Assembly: GCA_964526905.1 (NCBI GenBank)
Contig: CAZGMN010000001.1
Span: forward strand, 1-43,298
Reading direction: 5' to 3'
Source: an uncultured Eubacteriales bacterium
Lineage (GTDB): Bacteria > Acidobacteriota > Aminicenantia > Aminicenantales > Aminicenantaceae
DNA length: 43,298 nucleotides
Shown: positions 34,968-43,298 of the stretch, one piece after another
How the letters are laid out: each line of letters opens with the position of its first letter
Numbering within the stretch: position 1 is the stretch's first letter
Translations under genes and position numbers: made by a program
Notes under the pieces: model-generated
The model's input: the letters and a program-made list of their open reading frames with translations, nothing else
Told to the model about the DNA's origin: nothing
The model's database searches: none

Positions 34968-37900
34968 TTATTTCATAATCCTGAAAATTTCTCTCCAGGA
35001 CTTCACTCTCAAAGCAGAAATAACCGCCTGCTCCAATTTCTGGATAGTCGAATCGTACTCCTGAATAAAGACTTCCCTCTTTCTGGATCCTCCTGCGATA
35101 TTCCTCTCGCCGCTGGTAACCGCTGCTTTTGTCTTTATGGCCAGCTCTATATTCGCTTTTGTCTCTGTTCCGACCTTTAAAGCCGTTTGACCGATAAGAG
35201 CCCCGGCGATTGTCTCCGTGTATCTCGCATAAAGCCTTCCAATACCGAGAACGTTCTCACAGGGATCGACACTCTCGATACTTCCCTTAAGGGTGCTGAA
35301 ATAGACGATGAAATCCGTCAATAGAGGGTCGGCCCATACTTTCTCCCCGGCTTCAAAAGTCCCGGCTTTTTTTGCTTCAGGAAGCCCGAGAACAAGATGA
35401 TCGCCCATGTACCATTCCACCTCAGGGCTGGCTCCATCCAAGAGAGCGATAAAAGAGTAGGTGACATCTGACGGAGCTTGATCATCGCCGCCTGTCCCGA
35501 AATAAATCCGCGGAACAGCTCCTACTGTTCCGGGCTTTATCCAAGCCACCGGTTGGCTCAAGATTGGATAATTGCGCGAGTCTTCATAGATTTTCACGGC
35601 ACTCCAGGAATCCTCTCCTGTATAGGTGGCACTCACATCTACTTTCCAAACTCTGCCGTCCAGGTCTGCGAAATAGACCCGCTCTGTATTTCCATCCTGG
35701 TCGAGATCGGCAATCGAAGGAGAACCGGGAATAGCATTGGCAATGTCCCAGGTATAGCCAAACTTGACTTTGGTATCCACTCCTGAATTCGAAAAGCTCC
35801 ATATTTTTTGACCCGATTCCAAATCAACCGCATAAAAAGCATTGCCCACGACATGGTCAGGGTCGTTATCGTAACCGGAGCCCATAAAGGCCACCCAGGT
35901 GCCGTTGGGGTCTCCGCCTGATTTACTGATTCTGCCGATGGCAGGCACTGACCAGCTTTCCCCCATTGTGCTATCAGTAAACTCCCAGAGAGGCTGGGGG
36001 TTTTCAGGATCCGTGACATTCAAGGCAAAATAATAGTTTAATCCCCCGCCTATGGTGCTTCCTTTGCCCGGTCCTTGGCCGCAGATGAGAATCGTTATCC
36101 ATTCCCTGCTTCCATCTCCGTTGGCATCGAGATAGACATCTTCAACGACCGGCGTTCCGTCGACGTAGGCGTCTCTTAAAAAATATCTGGTCCCTGTAGC
36201 CGGATAGACCGCCCACATATTTCTCAGCTTGGGAAGAAGGTTATAAGGAATAAAGGCCCACAATTCTGTTCCGGTGAGGACATCAAAGCAATGGAGCATG
36301 CCGTCATTGGCACCCACATAAAGAATCTTGCGCCTGTCCTTGTGGTCATTCATGAAATCCAAGTATCCGCTTCCCTTCAAGAGCGGAGCGCCGTCCGGAG
36401 GACCAACTACGATGGGGTGGGAATGGTTGATATCTCCCAGCTTCCATTCGCGGCCTTCTCCCCTTATAAAATTAATCAGCCCTTCATTCTCGTTGTTTAC
36501 ATCTGCCAAGATCGGTTCCAATATGGCGAGACGTTCAGCCGCTGTATCAAATAGAAGCCTTGAGAGAACAGAGTCTTCGGGAACGGCTGTATAGATTGTC
36601 CTGTCGTTTGCAGCCCGCGATGCCAGTAACTCTCCGGCATCCCACAAGAGCTCAACGCCCTCAGGAAGAGTCTCCCTTCCTGTCGGTTCGGACAAATCCG
36701 GACGGGTGACGATGCGCATAACTGAATTTGGCGTCTCTGAAGGAGCCATGTTGGTGTAGTCGTATGCCCTTAAATGCCCTTCCCAGCTGGGATAGATAAA
36801 GGTTGCGGCGATAATGAGTTTTTTTGTTTCGCTTCCATCAACAACAGAAGTCGAAACAACGGATGTCCGGGAATATTCCTTCTTTCCCACATAATAATAT
36901 TTGATCTGAATATCTTCGATCTTGACTGTATCGACGGATGTCCCATGAAATGCGTCTTCGGGATTAGGAAAATCATCCGTAAGGGTCATGACCGCTTTCC
37001 ACCTGATGTCAGCCCCGAAAGTGCTAAATTTGTGCCAAGGAAGATCTGTATAGTTATGGATATCGCCCTCTTGATACTCCACGTAGAATTCCCAGTCTTT
37101 TCCTCCGTTGTTGGAAACATAGTAGGTGACTTTCAAGCCTGTGCTTGTTCCGCTCACTGACTGGCTGAGGCTGGAGAATTGAACCTTGGTGATGGATTGG
37201 GTTGATTGGTCTATCCCATCAGGCGGAAAGGCGGCAGCCGTAATATTCTTTGACACGGCAGTTCCCGTCAGGCTGTACCTGTTGCTCAGCACGTTCTCCC
37301 AAAAATAATAAAATGCAGACTGGTTTCCATCGAACACTATAAAATCCTGGTCTCCGTCACCCTCAAAATCTATGGGGAAGCCAAAATCCAGGTCCCAGGC
37401 TGCACATTTTCCCTCATCCAGCATCTTCTGGCTGTCCTGGACAAGGGTCGAGGTAAATTCGCCAGTGCCGTCATTCTTGAAATAAAACACACTGCCTCCC
37501 AGCCTTGTCCCTGTGCCGTGCGATTGTCCGCAGTCTGTGCGGCTGGAGCCGGTATAGTAATCCGGCGGCCACGTTTCCTGCGGTATCCAGTTATCCGTTC
37601 CTACCATAAAATCCAAATCCCCGTCATTATCATAATCAGCGACTCCGATCGCCGTGGACGCACCGTCGTAGATGTTATCATGAAGGTCAGGGGAAGAGCC
37701 TATGTATCCCAAGACTTTATAAAGGCTAAAATTCCCTGTCCCGTCATTCTTATAATACTTGAGTCCCCTCCAGTTCAAAGCGCCAAGAATGATATCCACA
37801 CCGTTGATCTTGTCAAAATCACCGACCCCAATGACTGAAATCCCCTTCTCATTCCACCTGTAGCCAGTCTCTCCGGTTGTGGCATCGATCAAGGTGCTTG

Positions 37901-38675
37901 CCGTAAACTTGGTTGTATCGGTCAACGCTTTTGTTCCGTCATTCCTGAGAAGGATGACTTTCCCATACCCGTTGGCAAAGAGAATATCAGTGTCGCCGTC
38001 GTTATCAATGTCAACGGCGGCATGAGTCGCTATCCAGCCCAATCCTCCCATGGCAGTCAGTAGTGTGGTGTTTGAAGTATAATTAATATAATCGAATTGA
38101 GGAACTCCGTTGCTGTCCTTTGTGCCTCTATGTCTAAAAAAGGCAAGTCTGGAAATGGTGCCAACGCCTCCTGTTCCCGTCGACGAGAAGACATACATGA
38201 TATCCTGGTGTCCGTCATTATTAAAATCTCCAGCCAGCAGGCAGGTGATTCTTCCGCTATAGCTGCCTTCGTTATAAATTGCCGGAGAGAGCTCCTGAAA
38301 GCCTCTTACGCCGCTGATCAATTTGTTCTTCAAAAAGACAATACGCCTGTAGTCGGTATAACTCGTTCCAGCGCAATCGACGTAACCGTCTTCGTCAAAA
38401 TCAGCATAGGCCACCATGTCCACCCAGGTCGGAAAACTAACCGATGTTGGAATCTGCTGGAAAATTCCGGCAATCTTGGGAGTGATGTATCCCTCTCCCC
38501 AGTGATTGACCGCGCTATTTTCTTCGTCTTTGAAATCGACGGTGTTGAAGCTTTCGTCAAAAGTTATCTCCGTTTCGAGGCATGCTTCCTGGGCCCAGAA
38601 TTTCAGGGCGAAGTAGCCGATAACCAAAATCAACGGAATAAAAAGACAAATGACTTTTTTCTTTTTTTGGCTCAT
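34968..38675 (-). CDS. pilY1: PilY1-like type IV pilus tip protein with an N-terminal FG-GAP/VCBS repeat propeller
   Basis: The N-terminal half carries six DxDxDG-type repeats (DFDEDGYVD, DFNNDGHQD, DIDNDGDTD, DFDKINGVD, DYDNDGDLD, DFEGDGDQD). The C-terminal half has PilY1/PilC propeller motifs (LYVGANDGMLHCFD..GTELWAFIP; DLDQDGNTERVYFADLDGRVWKVD). It is the last gene of the minor-pilin operon. Confidence 0.85.
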   Translation of the reverse strand: MSQKKKKVICLFIPLILVIGYFALKFWAQEACLETEITFDESFNTVDFKDEENSAVNHWGEGYITPKIAGIFQQIPTSVSFPTWVDMVAYADFDEDGYVDCAGTSYTDYRRIVFLKNKLISGVRGFQELSPAIYNEGSYSGRITCLLAGDFNNDGHQDIMYVFSSTGTGGVGTISRLAFFRHRGTKDSNGVPQFDYINYTSNTTLLTAMGGLGWIATHAAVDIDNDGDTDILFANGYGKVILLRNDGTKALTDTTKFTASTLIDATTGETGYRWNEKGISVIGVGDFDKINGVDIILGALNWRGLKYYKNDGTGNFSLYKVLGYIGSSPDLHDNIYDGASTAIGVADYDNDGDLDFMVGTDNWIPQETWPPDYYTGSSRTDCGQSHGTGTRLGGSVFYFKNDGTGEFTSTLVQDSQKMLDEGKCAAWDLDFGFPIDFEGDGDQDFIVFDGNQSAFYYFWENVLSNRYSLTGTAVSKNITAAAFPPDGIDQSTQSITKVQFSSLSQSVSGTSTGLKVTYYVSNNGGKDWEFYVEYQEGDIHNYTDLPWHKFSTFGADIRWKAVMTLTDDFPNPEDAFHGTSVDTVKIEDIQIKYYYVGKKEYSRTSVVSTSVVDGSETKKLIIAATFIYPSWEGHLRAYDYTNMAPSETPNSVMRIVTRPDLSEPTGRETLPEGVELLWDAGELLASRAANDRTIYTAVPEDSVLSRLLFDTAAERLAILEPILADVNNENEGLINFIRGEGREWKLGDINHSHPIVVGPPDGAPLLKGSGYLDFMNDHKDRRKILYVGANDGMLHCFDVLTGTELWAFIPYNLLPKLRNMWAVYPATGTRYFLRDAYVDGTPVVEDVYLDANGDGSREWITILICGQGPGKGSTIGGGLNYYFALNVTDPENPQPLWEFTDSTMGESWSVPAIGRISKSGGDPNGTWVAFMGSGYDNDPDHVVGNAFYAVDLESGQKIWSFSNSGVDTKVKFGYTWDIANAIPGSPSIADLDQDGNTERVYFADLDGRVWKVDVSATYTGEDSWSAVKIYEDSRNYPILSQPVAWIKPGTVGAVPRIYFGTGGDDQAPSDVTYSFIALLDGASPEVEWYMGDHLVLGLPEAKKAGTFEAGEKVWADPLLTDFIVYFSTLKGSIESVDPCENVLGIGRLYARYTETIAGALIGQTALKVGTETKANIELAIKTKAAVTSGERNIAGGSRKREVFIQEYDSTIQKLEQAVISALRVKSWREIFRIMK

Positions 38676-38696
38676 ATTTCCCTCTTTATTTGATTA

Positions 38697-39299
38697 TTAC
38701 GACCCCCCTCCAGGAAGCTGAATCGCCAACTCGACTTCTATTCTTGTCGTTGTCATACTGGCCCCTGAACCGACAGTCCCGATGCAGACCAGGATTGCAT
38801 CCTCTGGATCCGGGGTCCCGCCTCCTGCCTCATCGTCGATCAAAAAGGCAGTAAAAGAATATCGAGTATCCGCAGAACCATCAGCCTTTTGAATAAAAGA
38901 CTGGCGGTAACAGTAGACACTGTTTAAATTTGGCGAATTGTCCCCGTCAGGGTCGATCAAGTTCAAGATTTCTCCATCTGTTAGCTTTCTGAAGTAATTC
39001 GTGGATTGAGGGTCATCAATCCCGGTGGGCTCAACAAGGTAATGGCCGTCAAAAGTGACCCAGGTGCCCATCGACACTAACTCTTCAATTCCTGCCCAGA
39101 CAGCGTCAAAGCCGGCCTCGGCAGCATTGGACGCCTGCTGCTGGGCCCGCACGTTCTCAGCGATTTTTGGACCTGCGCTGGTCACTGTTATCAGCACAAT
39201 TCCGACAATCTGTAAAAAGGCAAGGACAAGAAGAACAACGACCAGGGCCGAACCCTTTATCTTTTTTCCATTGCCTCTCATCTTCTTTTTCATGGTCAA
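38697..39299 (-). CDS. pilX: PilX-like minor pilin / pilus assembly protein
   Basis: PilX_N-type N-terminus GSALVVVLLVLAFLQIVGIVLI. Positioned between the pilW and pilY1 homologues. Confidence 0.7.
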   Translation of the reverse strand: MTMKKKMRGNGKKIKGSALVVVLLVLAFLQIVGIVLITVTSAGPKIAENVRAQQQASNAAEAGFDAVWAGIEELVSMGTWVTFDGHYLVEPTGIDDPQSTNYFRKLTDGEILNLIDPDGDNSPNLNSVYCYRQSFIQKADGSADTRYSFTAFLIDDEAGGGTPDPEDAILVCIGTVGSGASMTTTRIEVELAIQLPGGGS

Positions 39300-39316
39300 T
39301 CCCTTATTTCCCCATA

Positions 39317-40477
39317 TCAGTAGATGCTTAAAGACATATTCCTTATGTTGACCGTCGACTCGAGCAGAAACCTTCGGTGCTTGTCCGCTTGAGAATCGCC
39401 GGGGGAATCAGCTAACATCGGCTTGCCGAAGACATACCTCATCTGGCTCGGCATTGATCCTGAGACGCTGGCGAAGGCTCTCTCTGTTCTTCCCAGAATC
39501 CAGATTCTCAAGCTGCGAATCCCTGAGACCACCCCGGGATTATCTGTCCAGTTTATCTCATCCCAGTTCTGGTAATCTTCGCTACTGATGGCTCCGTCGC
39601 CGTTGTTATCATCCAGATACTGATTATGGTCCAGGTCGCCATGGTATTGGATCTGGAAATCTTCAACGCCCTGAGCCAGAGCCGTGTGTTCAAAATTATT
39701 GGTCTGGATATTATATTGGGAAAGATACAAAACACCGGGAACTCCCAGATAGCCATTCTGTCCGGCAGTCAGACCTGTATAATCGCCGTTGATATCCAGC
39801 CAGTACGTCTTCAACTCGACAAAAATAACAGTGCCGTTATCATAGGTTGACGTATCCCCGCCCGGCAGCAAGCCGTTGGGCAGAGGCACATTGACCCGAG
39901 TGAATGAAAGCTGGTTTGTGCTGAAATCGACATTCGTGATCTGGCCCAGCTCTCCATTCTGCTGGTTCAGCTCAGGATTGGGGAGGATGAGGATCAGCCT
40001 GTTGACATAGCCCAGCGGGTCGGCCGGATAGGCGTTGGCTGTGTAAGGATAGAGCGTCAATTGAGCCGACTCCAGTTGGATGAGTCCTGAGCCTGGATTA
40101 TAGCTTTGGATAAGAAGCCTTAATGGGTCTGAGCTTCCGAATATCGTCAACCTGTCGGTTTGAAAACGATGGCCCATCTTATCGGGATCGCCGCTTATCT
40201 GGTCAGGGTCGTTGTTAACTCCCTGAAGAAAATATCCGGAAAACTCCTGGGGCAGGCCGGCTCCTGCTGATCTGATGTCCCTCAAAATATAATACATGGC
40301 GAAACGAGTTTCCTGCTGAACATCGGCCAGCTGCTGCTGGTCAACCGATAGCTTGTTGCTTCTCGAATAAAGAGCTAAGGTCATCAGGATAACGGCGAGC
40401 ATGACGACACTGCCCACCAATACTTCCACCACGGTAAACCCGCTTTCCCGTCTTTCAGGCTTGCTCATCTTCATCAC
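39317..40477 (-). CDS. pilW: PilW-like minor pilin
   Basis: Prepilin cleavage/methylation motif G|FTVVEVLVGSVVMLAVIL. Size and operon position are as for pilW. Confidence 0.75.
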   Translation of the reverse strand: MMKMSKPERRESGFTVVEVLVGSVVMLAVILMTLALYSRSNKLSVDQQQLADVQQETRFAMYYILRDIRSAGAGLPQEFSGYFLQGVNNDPDQISGDPDKMGHRFQTDRLTIFGSSDPLRLLIQSYNPGSGLIQLESAQLTLYPYTANAYPADPLGYVNRLILILPNPELNQQNGELGQITNVDFSTNQLSFTRVNVPLPNGLLPGGDTSTYDNGTVIFVELKTYWLDINGDYTGLTAGQNGYLGVPGVLYLSQYNIQTNNFEHTALAQGVEDFQIQYHGDLDHNQYLDDNNGDGAISSEDYQNWDEINWTDNPGVVSGIRSLRIWILGRTERAFASVSGSMPSQMRYVFGKPMLADSPGDSQADKHRRFLLESTVNIRNMSLSIY

Positions 40478-40938
40478 CTGCTGATAATTGTATTGATGAC
40501 AGCCCGGGCATGGTATTTAACCGGATCATCGCTGAGATTATTGATGTTTTCGTCTTTCCGCTCATTGGAGAAAACGAGAATTCTCACCCTGTAACTCAAT
40601 CCCTCGGATGTAAGCCGGGTTATTCTTCTGAAGTCAATGACTCCATCGCCGTTGATATCTATCGTCTCATCAACCGGGCTTGCGGCCATGTTGCTTAGCT
40701 CTTGGCCGTTGAGGCTGCGCAGAAAGTCAATCTGCTGCTGGGCCAGAAAAGTGGCGTTGGTCATCCTGTCGGAATTGGTGTTGTTCATCACAGCGTAATA
40801 GAACATCTGGGCAAGGCTTAACAGAGCTATGCCGATAACGGCAATTCCGATAACGACTTCTATCAAAGAAAAGCCATTCCGCTTGGCGCTTCCCTCGGAT
40901 TCTTTTTCTTGAAGAGGGTTTTTGCTTTTTCGAATCAT
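40474..40938 (-). CDS. pilV: PilV-like minor pilin
   Basis: Prepilin motif NG|FSLIEVVIGIAVIGIALLSL. 154 aa with 4-nt overlaps on both sides. Confidence 0.75.
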   Translation of the reverse strand: MIRKSKNPLQEKESEGSAKRNGFSLIEVVIGIAVIGIALLSLAQMFYYAVMNNTNSDRMTNATFLAQQQIDFLRSLNGQELSNMAASPVDETIDINGDGVIDFRRITRLTSEGLSYRVRILVFSNERKDENINNLSDDPVKYHARAVINTIISR

Positions 40939-41510
40939 TCCTCCCCTCCCTCACTCGACGTTTTGGCGTATTTAATAGCCCCTCCGGCAAAAACGTTGAT
41001 CACTCTTATGTCAGGCTGTTTATTGCGCTCCAGCTCCGCAGACTGAAGACTGATGCTGTTTTGAGAGGAACTATAGTTCGAGATGAAGCCGAGCGGCGAG
41101 AAGATGATTGCCTGATTTGGAACGTTCACGGTCACGTTAAATTTTTTTGGAATGGCTTTTTTTATTGAGCCAGGTATCGGGTTCCAGACAGAAGGGCTAT
41201 CCTCTCTTTCAATGATGAAATACCAGGTGTTATCTGCCTGAGAAAAGCTCACCCGGTGGTTCAGGCGCATTCTGACAGCCTGGAACCTGGCCCGCTGCAG
41301 AGTCATCTGAATGTCTCTTGTCGAGCCCTCTAACTCTCTTAAGAGCGCAGTGTTCCTGAAATTGGAATATAAGGCAACGGACACAGCGCCGAGGATGGCC
41401 AGAACCACCAAAATCTCGACCACGGTCATGCCTTTTTCGGCCGATGAAAACTTGGCCTTTTGATTCTTGAAAGTCGGTGCCTTTAATTTTTTACTCACCT
41501 TGTCCCTCAC
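40935..41510 (-). CDS. FimT/FimU (GspH-family) minor pilin
   Basis: Prepilin motif KG|MTVVEILVVLAILGAVSV followed by a GspH-like body. The start is GTG at 41510 or 41498 and is uncertain. Confidence 0.7.
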   Translation of the reverse strand: MRDKVSKKLKAPTFKNQKAKFSSAEKGMTVVEILVVLAILGAVSVALYSNFRNTALLRELEGSTRDIQMTLQRARFQAVRMRLNHRVSFSQADNTWYFIIEREDSPSVWNPIPGSIKKAIPKKFNVTVNVPNQAIIFSPLGFISNYSSSQNSISLQSAELERNKQPDIRVINVFAGGAIKYAKTSSEGGEE

Positions 41511-41767
41511 CTAAAAAATCAAGCCCCTTTTTTTCCAAACCTTAAAAGTTTTTTCTTTTGATCTTATAGATGTTTTCATTATAAATTTATATTGAACAGT
41601 TTAAATCAAAACTCAGGCCTTTTCTTATCATATACTAAGTATAAATAACTAATAGTCATTTATTTCCTCCTCGTCAATAGCCGCTGAGGATGAATTCCCA
41701 GGTGGTATTTGTCTCCTTCTCCCAGTCTTTCAAGAGGGATTTTTCTCACCTCAAAGGACTAATAAAC

Positions 41768-43132
41768 TCAAAGTCTCTCTATGACAAAAATTGTGCTCGT
41801 TTTTTCATTGATTTTGAAGCGCTCAGAGACCGGAAAATCCAGAACCCAGACGATATCGGCTCCTGAAAGAAAAACAGGCTTCTTTCCTCTTTGGGATAAA
41901 GGAAGACGCCTGGCCCTCATCATCTCTTTGAGCTTTTTTCTTCCGGGAGCTCCCAGAGGCTGATACCGATCTCCTTCCAAGCGATTCCGAACGAGAAGAG
42001 GAAATTTGAGCTTTTTTAAATCGAGGAGAGCTCTTTTATGGTCGTCGAAACCAAGACAAGAATCGTCTCTTCTTACTCTCTTCCCCTTGAATTTTAATCC
42101 AAGCTCTTTTATCTCAAGAGGCTCTTGCCCATTCCAGATGTATTCATACCCGATTCTTGCCGGAGCCCTGTCTTTCAAGAATAGCCGATCATGTTCTCGC
42201 CGCAAAATCATGCCTTTTCTCAAAAGGAATTCCTTCCCTGCCCCTATATTTAGAATAGAATCAACATCCCTGAAGGAGACCCCTCTCAGGTCGCCTCTCA
42301 GCCGCAGAATAAACTCCCTCGCCACCCGCCTGGCTAAGCCGAGAGGGAGTGAGGAGAGATAATTAAAATCCAGGGAGAGATGGCCATCTTCACAGGAAAT
42401 GGCCAGGCGGGCTTTCTCCCGCGCTGTGGATTCTAAAAAATTATCATCTTCGCGAACGAGAGAAGCCAATCGGCTCAGGTGAAGGATGATTCGGGGCTCA
42501 AAGTTCTCTTTCAGGTAAGGAATGAGGTCAAGCCTGATTCTGTTGCGGACGAGGCGGCGATCAAGGTTGGTCTCGTCAATACGGAATTCCACGCCTTTCT
42601 CTTCAAGGTAGGCCTCGATTTCTTCTCGCTCGACCTGGATGAGAGGCCTGATAATCATCCCCTCAATTTCAGGAAAGATTCCAGCCAACCCCCTCAGGCC
42701 GCTTCCCCTCAAAAGCCTGATCAGAAAAGTTTCTGCCTGGTCGGTCATGGTATGGCCGGTGGCTATTCTGTCTGCTCCAACCTCCTGAGCGGTTTTTTTC
42801 AGGAAATCATACCTCAGCTCTCTTGCTGCTTCTTCGATGTTCATTCGCTCCTGGCGGGCATGGGAGCGAACATCCCTGCTTCCGATAATAAGGGGAAGAG
42901 AAAGGCTGCGGGCTAGACGCCTGACAAATTGCTCATCCTCTTCTGAAGATTGGCGAAGCTTGTGATTAAAGTGGGCCAGGAAAAGCTCTAAGGACCATTC
43001 CCGGCGAAGCTCAAGGAGCAGGTGGAGCAAGGCTGTGGAATCAACCCCGCCTGAATAAGCGATGAGAATCTTATCTTTTTTTTGGAGAAGATGATAACTG
43101 CTAATGGTTTTTTTAACTTTCTCTAAAATCAT
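41768..43132 (-). CDS. tilS: tRNA(Ile)-lysidine synthase
   Basis: ORF trimmed to MILEKVKK... at 43132. PP-loop motif SGGVDS, followed by LAHFNHKLR and ATGHTMTDQAETFL. Confidence 0.9.
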   Translation of the reverse strand: MILEKVKKTISSYHLLQKKDKILIAYSGGVDSTALLHLLLELRREWSLELFLAHFNHKLRQSSEEDEQFVRRLARSLSLPLIIGSRDVRSHARQERMNIEEAARELRYDFLKKTAQEVGADRIATGHTMTDQAETFLIRLLRGSGLRGLAGIFPEIEGMIIRPLIQVEREEIEAYLEEKGVEFRIDETNLDRRLVRNRIRLDLIPYLKENFEPRIILHLSRLASLVREDDNFLESTAREKARLAISCEDGHLSLDFNYLSSLPLGLARRVAREFILRLRGDLRGVSFRDVDSILNIGAGKEFLLRKGMILRREHDRLFLKDRAPARIGYEYIWNGQEPLEIKELGLKFKGKRVRRDDSCLGFDDHKRALLDLKKLKFPLLVRNRLEGDRYQPLGAPGRKKLKEMMRARRLPLSQRGKKPVFLSGADIVWVLDFPVSERFKINEKTSTIFVIERL

Positions 43133-43222
43133 CCTAAGCGGTTCTCTCCATCCTTTTTTCTGTCCAGAATCAATCACCCTTCGGGGCTTGAAGTTGCTTT
43201 TGTGCCGATAACAGCAATAGAA

Positions 43223-43296
43223 TGGCGGTGGAGGGATTTGAACCCCCGACTCTGCGGATATGAGCCGCATGCTCTGACCAACTGAGCTACACCGCC
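43223..43296 (-). tRNA. tRNA with a CAU anticodon (elongator type; Met most likely, Ile2 not excluded)
   Basis: The reverse complement folds as a cloverleaf: GGCGGUG UA GCUC AGUUGGUCA GAGC A UGCGG CUCAUAU CCGCA GAGUC GGGGG UUCAAAU CCCUC CACCGCC A. G1-C72 is paired. CCA is not encoded. Confidence 0.9.
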
Positions 43297-43298
43297 AG

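Noticed and set aside
34359-35180. A 273-aa plus-strand ORF overlapping pilD in another frame and running into the pilY1 3' end.
   Set aside because: It is an alternative frame of a gene with clear A24 peptidase motifs. Its product is Leu/Ser/Arg-rich low-complexity sequence with no start signals.
41625-41680. A 17-codon minus-strand mini-ORF (MTISYLYLVYDKKRPEF) after a strong GAGGAGG, upstream of the minor-pilin operon.
   Set aside because: It is very short and lies in an A/T-rich promoter region where ATG and stop codons arise by chance. Conservation cannot be assessed, and the GAGGAGG may be incidental.
43223-43296. The CAU tRNA as an initiator tRNA-fMet.
   Set aside because: Positions 1 and 72 form a G-C pair (bacterial initiators have a C1-A72 mismatch). 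The anticodon stem is UGCGG/CCGCA rather than ending in three consecutive G-C pairs (G29-G31).
1-43298. A search for CRISPR arrays, IS elements or transposases, integrases, restriction-modification systems, toxin-antitoxin pairs, retrons or DGRs, and rRNA genes.
   Set aside because: I saw no regularly spaced direct repeats, no DDE or tyrosine/serine recombinase-like ORFs, no reverse transcriptase, no methylase or nuclease pairs, and no small adjacent toxin/antitoxin-type ORFs. All long ORFs are accounted for by the genes listed.

Overview
This 43.3 kb window looks like ordinary chromosomal DNA from a diderm (Gram-negative-type) bacterium. It has moderate GC by eye, and many genes carry strong GGAGG-type Shine-Dalgarno sites. 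I support about 45 protein genes, one tRNA and a handful of regulatory signals.

Gene content in order:
- A mostly minus-strand block: DUF2961/GH172-like protein, DUF429, a degenerate HD-GYP membrane protein, OsmC and a TrmJ-like methylase.
- A tight class III ribonucleotide reductase operon (nrdD, glutaredoxin-like gene, nrdG, dut) with candidate tandem NrdR boxes upstream.
- YjbQ, a HAD hydrolase, an MFS transporter, an amidase and pgi.
- A five-gene translationally coupled envelope operon: FixH/YtkA-like protein, beta-barrel-like protein, FMN_bind-like lipoprotein, FtsX permease and ABC ATPase.
- A FecR/DUF6600 protein with a long Ser/Arg-rich tail, a Spy/CpxP-like chaperone and FadL.
- An M20 peptidase plus agmatinase-family pair, a flavin reductase and an S9 peptidase.
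- An ABC-2 exporter, TPR protein and pilD operon, convergent with a type IV pilus minor-pilin operon (FimT-like, pilV, pilW, pilX, pilY1-like).
- tilS and a tRNA with a CAU anticodon at the right edge.

I found no transposase, integrase, CRISPR array, restriction or toxin module, or recognisable defence gene, and no compelling novel multi-gene system.

The most unexplained signals are non-coding:
1. A 150-nt element of perfectly nested hairpins at 13994-14143, inside a 500-bp divergent intergenic region.
2. A near-consensus orphan promoter at 26024-26052. It drives a C-run-rich structured transcript that has no downstream gene.
3. A 61-62 nt intergenic repeat present twice, at 9219-9280 and 28394-28454.

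Protein-level oddities are a catalytically degenerate HD-GYP domain, a PilY1 homologue with an N-terminal FG-GAP propeller, and pilD coupled to an ABC-2 exporter.

All family calls come from motif recognition by eye, not database searches. Coordinates of hand-read motifs may be off by 1-2 nt.
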